A stretch of 61,533 bases of DNA from a virus (taxonomy: Duplodnaviria > Caudoviricetes), in the IMG/VR virus record IMGVR_UViG_3300020436_000012, positions 1 through 61,533 of that record; one strand, given 5' to 3'. The notes below the pieces were generated by a model. That model had not been told where the DNA came from. It saw only the letters and a program-made list of their open reading frames with translations, and did not search any database. Below are positions 56,191 to 61,533 of this stretch, piece after piece. A program made the translations under genes and the position numbers. Within the stretch, counting starts at the first letter, position 1. Each line of letters opens with the position of its first letter.

Positions 56191-57572
56191 TATAAATCTT
56201 TTCCTGTTTCTTTGCTACCATACATGGCAGCACTGTGTGGTTTTTCATTACTTATTTCACTGATATTAGGGTCAATTTTTACACACTCCCAGTCCATATA
56301 AACATCAAAACTCATGTGTTTACCGTTTCTCATTTTAGTTGTATGTATTGTGATTTTGTTTGATTGTTCTCGGTCTTCTCCTTGTTCTGCAGGAAAAAAG
56401 TTAAAACTTCTGTCTGCTGAGTCAAGAATACCTTTTGCAAACCTTGCTTCTCCTGTCGCATCAATTTGATAAGGGCTTAAGACTGTTAAATCATATTTTC
56501 TACTAACCCCTTTAAGAGCTTCTGCTAATACGATTTGTGTTTTCCAATCTTTAGAATCTTCGTGTTTGATAATATTGATATAGTCTACAATAGCCATATT
56601 GAACTTAGGATATTTATTTTCAAACATATTGCAGTAGTGATCAATTCTGTTTAAAGTTAGAGACTCATCATCAATGATAAATAGTCTATTGTCTTTTAGT
56701 GCAGGTTTCTCTATTTTTAAATAATGTTCAAACTTTTGAAAGTCTTTATTTTCTAATAGATTTTTGTATTGATTAGTTAGTTCTGCATCTGGCTTATAAA
56801 AAGTATCTATTTTAGATTTTGCAATAGACATTTTTTCTGACTCGGTAAGTTGGTTTCTAAATATATTTAAAAAAGGAACCCCACTAGTTATACTTACAAT
56901 CCTGTCATAAACTTCTTTATATCTCATTTCAATAGTAAAGAAAGCAACAGTGTTTCCTTGTAAAAATCGATTAACAGCCATATTTACACTTATAATAGAT
57001 TTTCCACTACCTCTTCTGCCACCAAGCATTACTAGTTCTTGGGAAGCAAAACCCCCATTAACTGCATCATACTCTGCACTTAACCCAGAAGGATAAATAA
57101 CAAAATCTGAATCATCAGGGAATAGTTCTAACTCTGCTACATCATATAATTCATCTGATATAGGTATGGCTTTGTTTAGATTTAGTAAGTGTCCTTGAAA
57201 TTTGTCCACTATTTCTACTTTTTCTAAATCATCTAAGTCATCTATAAATTTATCTAAAAATCCTATTGTTTCTTCTCTAATATAAAAATCTTGTAATTGA
57301 GATACTAAAAATTCGTCAGCAATGTCCTTATTAATATTTTCTTCGTTATATATCTCTGTCTCTACATACTCTTGAGTTGAAACATCTTTCTTTAGAACTA
57401 AAAATTCTTCTAAAGAGGGAATTCTCATGTTAGCTTTATAAAAGTTTTGAACTTTACTATACACAATAGAATTAGCGCCCCCAAAGTATGAGGGCACTAA
57501 TTTTGAATATAAATCGTGATTTTGTGTTTCTAGTAATCTTCTAAGAGTTACTTTTTGTAAGTCTAAACTCAT
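56190..57572 (-). CDS. D6: DnaB-like replicative helicase (T5 D6-like)
   Basis: GRRGSGKS, TIEM, VDYINI, SPYQID.TGEARFAKGILD, KMRN. Confidence 0.92.
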   Translation of the reverse strand: MSLDLQKVTLRRLLETQNHDLYSKLVPSYFGGANSIVYSKVQNFYKANMRIPSLEEFLVLKKDVSTQEYVETEIYNEENINKDIADEFLVSQLQDFYIREETIGFLDKFIDDLDDLEKVEIVDKFQGHLLNLNKAIPISDELYDVAELELFPDDSDFVIYPSGLSAEYDAVNGGFASQELVMLGGRRGSGKSIISVNMAVNRFLQGNTVAFFTIEMRYKEVYDRIVSITSGVPFLNIFRNQLTESEKMSIAKSKIDTFYKPDAELTNQYKNLLENKDFQKFEHYLKIEKPALKDNRLFIIDDESLTLNRIDHYCNMFENKYPKFNMAIVDYINIIKHEDSKDWKTQIVLAEALKGVSRKYDLTVLSPYQIDATGEARFAKGILDSADRSFNFFPAEQGEDREQSNKITIHTTKMRNGKHMSFDVYMDWECVKIDPNISEISNEKPHSAAMYGSKETGKDL

Positions 57573-58339
57573 ATTGTACTTCTTACTGGGTATAGATTAT
57601 TTCTCATTTCTGTCCTATAGTGTGCATAGTCTCCTTCAACATAAACACTATAATATTCTCTTCCTGTTTCTTCAATTATTGTTTCTACTTTGTTAATCAT
57701 GCGTTTAATGGCCATTTCCTTCCATTCTGATCCGTCGTCATATTCCCAATAAATATTCCAATGAATATCTTCTTTTCCTTCATAATCTTCTCCCCATTTT
57801 TTACGGGCTTCTTTCATTCCATGAAGTTCCACATATTTTCTTCTACGAGGTTGGCGATGATCATCAATCCAATCTTCATCATATACTGTTTTAACTTTAG
57901 CAAAACTATTAATTCCTGGGATAAATACTTTATCGCCTTTTGCAAATTTTACATCTAAATCTTGTACGACATGATCAACCGTAGCTTGTCCAGTTTTCTT
58001 TCTCGCACGAATAGGTATGCCCTTTTCAATAAGGACAGCTTTAATTCTTTGAGGTGTTAGAAATAATTGTTTTGCGATTGCGCTTTGACTTTCTCCTTCT
58101 TGATAGGATTTAACTATGCCTTCTTTTTCAGAATCAGTCAAAGTTTTAGCACGAGCTTTTTTCTTTAGCTCTGCGTGTCTAGCTTCTTTATCTTTAAAAT
58201 CTTGAATAATAGTATCAAGACGTTTTGTATTGTAAGCAATACCCAGATGTTCGCATATAGCTTTTTTAGTTTTATTTGCTTTTTGCATCCAGATAGCTTG
58301 TCTGATTTTTGTTTCAGAAATTTCTATTGTTTTTGCCAT
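57569..58339 (-). CDS. D5: T5 D5-like DNA-binding transcription regulator
   Basis: TKKAICEHLGIAYNTKRL and GESQSAIAK HTH segments; synteny. Confidence 0.8.
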   Translation of the reverse strand: MAKTIEISETKIRQAIWMQKANKTKKAICEHLGIAYNTKRLDTIIQDFKDKEARHAELKKKARAKTLTDSEKEGIVKSYQEGESQSAIAKQLFLTPQRIKAVLIEKGIPIRARKKTGQATVDHVVQDLDVKFAKGDKVFIPGINSFAKVKTVYDEDWIDDHRQPRRRKYVELHGMKEARKKWGEDYEGKEDIHWNIYWEYDDGSEWKEMAIKRMINKVETIIEETGREYYSVYVEGDYAHYRTEMRNNLYPVRSTI

Positions 58340-58359
58340 CTTTTCCTCTAATTTTTTTA

Positions 58360-58388
58360 ATTATAACATTAAGAAAACCTATTGTCAA
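58360..58388 (-). promoter_or_regulatory. Consensus sigma70 promoter for the D5-pol operon
   Basis: TTGACA-17 nt-TATAAT with TG extension. Confidence 0.85.
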
Positions 58389-58408
58389 TCGAAATGTTTT
58401 TTACTCAA

Positions 58409-58609
58409 CTACCAATGCCTAATTGCGTTGCCTATGATAGCAACGCAAGTTACAATGTGTAGAACTATCCAAAAAGTTCTAAACACTAATGCTTTCCTTA
58501 CATCTTTCTGTGGTATAGGTTGGTTTTTAGGTATATCTTCATCTGTTTCCCCTATGGGCATACCTACTGTTCTTGCCCATAGGTTTATCCATTTCCGCTG
58601 ACCGGTCAC
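58409..58609 (-). CDS. Small membrane protein
   Basis: One C-terminal hydrophobic segment; coupled to uvsE stop. Confidence 0.6.
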   Translation of the reverse strand: MTGQRKWINLWARTVGMPIGETDEDIPKNQPIPQKDVRKALVFRTFWIVLHIVTCVAIIGNAIRHW

Positions 58610-59679
58610 TGAAGCCTCTTAGTTATGAGAGACTCGCCCGCCATTTCTTCTTCTTCTTTGATATATTTCCAAAACTTAACAACAGCTTGTTCTTTGTTTT
58701 TAGCTTCTACATCAAAGTCTGCATATTCTAGCATAGGAATTGCTAAAGACATCAGTTCTTCGTCATAATATACGTCAGAGTGTGCGTTTACTTTCATCCA
58801 ATAATCTTCTCTATCTATAGGAAAAGATTGTGATTTGTGAAAGAGTGGCCGCCTACCTTTCCAAGTTTTTACAGCTTCTTTAAAATAATCATCATTTACA
58901 GTAAGATGTCTAACTTCGTCCCTAATTTTTCTGTTGACGACTTTGCCCTCTGAGTTTTTGACTTTTTCTGAGTCTCGCATCCTGTGACACGCGTAGTGGT
59001 GAATGTCGAGTGTGCATTTGATTGGAATTCTTTGTGCAAGTTCGAGCGTGTGTTCAATGTCGTATCCGTTGGGCTTATCTTCGTTCTCAACCGATAAAGC
59101 TTTTTGAGCGTAGTCTGATAAGTATTGGAAATTTGAGGCAAATCGTTTAATACCATCTATATGTTTTCCTCCATATAATCCTTGTAAGTGTATATTGACT
59201 GAAAAATCTTCAGGGGGTATCCCCATCGCTTTACCAATAAAGCAATGATACTCTATGTCTTTAATTGATTTTTCTACTACATCTTTATTATTGCTACCTA
59301 ACACAGTATATTGACCGGGGTGCATAGAAAGACGTATTTCGTTTGCAATAGCTACTTTACCTGCAATCTTTAGTTTTTCTATTATTAAACCAATAAAACC
59401 ATCATAGAACTCTTCTGCTTCTGGTAATGTATATACTGGAAGCATACCGGAAGTCATTCTATAACACTTAAAATTATCAGGCTGTTCCGCTAAATATTCT
59501 AAAATCCATTTTAGTTTATCTACATTGCGGGTAGCAGCTACTCTAGCTTTTGAATTGTCTTTTAAGAAAGACGTTTTTGTAGTTGCATTAGCATTAAATT
59601 TATTTGCTAAATCTTTATTATGAAACTGACAACATAATCCTAGTCGCCAAGTTTCTTTTGTTTTATTAAAATACTCCAT
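58606..59679 (-). CDS. uvsE: UV damage endonuclease
   Basis: RLGLCC, RLSMHPGQY, VENED, LDIHHY, AHSD, DVEAKNKE. Confidence 0.92.
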   Translation of the reverse strand: MEYFNKTKETWRLGLCCQFHNKDLANKFNANATTKTSFLKDNSKARVAATRNVDKLKWILEYLAEQPDNFKCYRMTSGMLPVYTLPEAEEFYDGFIGLIIEKLKIAGKVAIANEIRLSMHPGQYTVLGSNNKDVVEKSIKDIEYHCFIGKAMGIPPEDFSVNIHLQGLYGGKHIDGIKRFASNFQYLSDYAQKALSVENEDKPNGYDIEHTLELAQRIPIKCTLDIHHYACHRMRDSEKVKNSEGKVVNRKIRDEVRHLTVNDDYFKEAVKTWKGRRPLFHKSQSFPIDREDYWMKVNAHSDVYYDEELMSLAIPMLEYADFDVEAKNKEQAVVKFWKYIKEEEEMAGESLITKRLQ

Positions 59680-59690
59680 ATTTACTCCAT

Positions 59691-59738
59691 AAAAAAAGTC
59701 TTAGATTGTATTATAACAAACCTAAGACTTTATGTAAA
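59691..59738 (-). promoter_or_regulatory. uvsE promoter overlapped by an inverted repeat/terminator
   Basis: TTTACA-17 nt-TATAAT; AAAGTCTTAG/CTAAGACTTT arms flank the -10, followed by a T-run. Confidence 0.65.
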
Positions 59739-59761
59739 TATTTAATTGAAAATATTTATGA

Positions 59762-60073
59762 CTAATGAGTGATTAAGTGATCGTCCGTGAAATATAAGTC
59801 ATTCACAGCGTCCCTTATTAGCCCTGTTGGTGTGTAAACTAACGTAAATGTTTCGTGAAACACAGGGTCATTTCTAAATTGTTGTTCTAATTTAAAACTA
59901 GATCGGTAACTTAGTTGTAAATCTCCATATTCTTCTGAATTGGGGATAACACTTGGAAAAAATTTTTCTATTAAATGGTGTATATAAATAGTTTTATCTT
60001 TTTCTTCCAAGTCTAAAATTGTATCTAAAGTTCCATCATCTAGGTCAAATAGGTTTAATTCTTCATGAATCAT
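59762..60073 (-). CDS. Hypothetical acidic protein
   Basis: 103-aa ORF on the coding strand. Confidence 0.55.
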   Translation of the reverse strand: MIHEELNLFDLDDGTLDTILDLEEKDKTIYIHHLIEKFFPSVIPNSEEYGDLQLSYRSSFKLEQQFRNDPVFHETFTLVYTPTGLIRDAVNDLYFTDDHLITH

Positions 60074-60081
60074 AAATATAG

Positions 60082-60111
60082 GAAGTCACAGAGTAAAAAC
60101 TCTGCGACTTC
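60082..60111 (-). terminator. Hairpin downstream of D2
   Basis: GAAGTCGCAGAGT-loop-ACTCTGTGACTTC (G-U pair on the minus strand), followed by AT-rich sequence. Confidence 0.65.
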
Positions 60112-60140
60112 GTGCTACCAATGTAGCTATCCTTGTTGGA

Positions 60141-60824
60141 TTACTCGTCTACGCTCTTTGGAGTATAGTCGGAGCAGGCCAGACCGCGACGTGTAAGAAC
60201 AGTCTTAACACCTCGTACTGTCTTGCCAAAGTGATCAGCCAACTCTTCAACTGACTGGTCAAGCATATCGTCAATTCCCTCATAGGGATCAGACTTTACT
60301 GCCTTCTTCTCACGCTGTTCAGCTTTAAGACCCATGCTTAGGAGCTTACCGCGAACTGAGTTGACAGGCTTACCGATTGCGTCAGCAATATCTTCAAGAA
60401 AAGATCCGCCTTCGACCATTGAAGCAATTTCTGCTTCTTGCTCGGCAGTGTATGTCTTAGGAGTAACTTTCTTCTCAGCTGGTTTAATGTGTGCAGTCAT
60501 CTCAAGAGAGAGTGCTTTACCATTAATCTGGCGAGAAGTAAACTTCCCATCTGCAAAAGTAGCAGCAATTTCGTCAGCAGTATGTGAACCGCTGTTATCT
60601 TCGAGAAACTTAGCAAGAGCTTCTGTCTCATCCGCAGAAAAGACTGGAGCAGCGCCTGGCTTCTTAGGAACGTCATATCCTAGTTTACGGAGTTTTGCCG
60701 TAACGGAACGACGAGGGAACTCAAATTCTTCTACGAGCGATTCGATGATGTCTTCTGTGACACCACTTCCTGCTACGTCATTCATACGAGCTACCATTTC
60801 ATCTGTGTATTCAAACTTACTCAT
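60141..60824 (-). CDS. D2: T5 D2-like protein (tandem HTH-like repeats)
   Basis: RSVTAKLRKLGYDV and QINGKALSLEMT match T5 D2. Confidence 0.85.
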   Translation of the reverse strand: MSKFEYTDEMVARMNDVAGSGVTEDIIESLVEEFEFPRRSVTAKLRKLGYDVPKKPGAAPVFSADETEALAKFLEDNSGSHTADEIAATFADGKFTSRQINGKALSLEMTAHIKPAEKKVTPKTYTAEQEAEIASMVEGGSFLEDIADAIGKPVNSVRGKLLSMGLKAEQREKKAVKSDPYEGIDDMLDQSVEELADHFGKTVRGVKTVLTRRGLACSDYTPKSVDE

Positions 60825-60896
60825 TTTTATATTTCCCCTTCATTTTTAGTTTGGATTTAGTTAGAGAGTTATTTATCTCTCTGTAAGTTATGATTC

Positions 60897-60925
60897 ATTA
60901 TACGAGAAAATCTATTATGAAGCAA
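60897..60925 (-). promoter_or_regulatory. T5-type strong promoter for D2
   Basis: TTGCTT-17 nt-TATAAT with A/T-rich UP region. Confidence 0.8.
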
Positions 60926-60956
60926 GATAAAATTTAATGTATTTTCCTGCAAAGGT

Positions 60957-61532
60957 TTAGTTTTCTTCAATTCTTTTTGGTGTATTTTTTTCTTTAGCAT
61001 AAGCTATATGTTCTTTAAAAATAGAAAAGTCCTCATTTTCAAATAATCTATTTCTTTCTAAATAAGCTAATATAAAAGCTCTAACAGCGTTTTTTCTAGG
61101 GTGTTGAAACTTTAAATATTCTGAAAGTTTGTCAAATTCATCAGAATACTCATACCAGTCTTCAGAAAATAATTTAGGTACTTCTAAATTATAAATGTTA
61201 AAACCACAAAGATGAAGAGGCTTATGGTATACATTGTACCTATCTTTATTACCTAAACCTCTAGTATAGTATGATCTATCCGCCCACGCATGAATTATAG
61301 GAACATTTGTTTTTTCAAAATTTATAATCATTTTATGAGTAAAATAATGTGTAGATAAAGTTATTTTTTTACCTTCTACTAAAAAACTATGAAGTGTTTG
61401 TTTTTGTCCAGCATCAAAACTTTTTATTTGTTCTTCTATGTGTTCGTAAATATCTATCTTTGGATTTTTTTGTTGTAAATAATCACTTCCATATTTTTTT
61501 CTTAATCCTACCGTGCCGATTGAAATAAAATC
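60957..61532 (-). CDS. Hypothetical protein, 5'-truncated by the window edge
   Basis: The frame stays open upstream of ATG 61331 to the window end. Confidence 0.6.
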   Translation of the reverse strand, partial: DFISIGTVGLRKKYGSDYLQQKNPKIDIYEHIEEQIKSFDAGQKQTLHSFLVEGKKITLSTHYFTHKMIINFEKTNVPIIHAWADRSYYTRGLGNKDRYNVYHKPLHLCGFNIYNLEVPKLFSEDWYEYSDEFDKLSEYLKFQHPRKNAVRAFILAYLERNRLFENEDFSIFKEHIAYAKEKNTPKRIEEN

Positions 61533-61533
61533 A

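Noticed and set aside
60334-60849. 171-aa + strand ORF opposite D2
   Set aside because: Antisense shadow produced by the codon bias of D2
1-61533. Alternative genetic code, integrase or transposase
   Set aside because: Standard-code ORFs tile both arms densely with full-length conserved proteins; no recombinase or IS motifs seen

Overview
This is a 61.5-kb segment of an AT-rich, lytic, T5-like (Demerecviridae-related) siphophage, probably aquatic. A Usg-family gene and a possibly leaderless transcript hint at an alphaproteobacterial host (inference). The + strand (1-29261) carries the tail operon: a T5-type completion/terminator/tube/chaperone/tape-measure block joined to a lambda-type tail tip (gpM/Dit, gpL, split gpK, two gpI, gpJ with an N-terminal Hint domain), then fibres, a radical SAM gene and a cluster of small ORFs. 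The - strand (29273-61533) carries the T5-like replication block (D2, D5, D6 helicase, primase, Pol A, D10, D11, D12, D13, D14, D15, dUTPase), interrupted by accessory genes: uvsE, pyrB, a kinase/nucleotidyltransferase pair, glycosyltransferases, radical SAM, a Pho-box-preceded permease, a PP-loop protein, nrdAB, phoH, an amidinotransferase-PLP-oxygenase cassette, thyX and a nicotianamine-synthase-like gene. The two arms meet at a bidirectional terminator near 29.27 kb. Leading candidates for something new: (1) an expanded ubiquitin-like/JAB/NlpC/Hint tail-tip processing cassette whose three putative substrates share a VPxxxG motif followed by a Gly/Lys-rich tract; (2) the amidinotransferase cassette; (3) two non-coding structured elements (3177-3300 and 46051-46253). 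All calls come from motif recognition and synteny by eye; no database searches were run.
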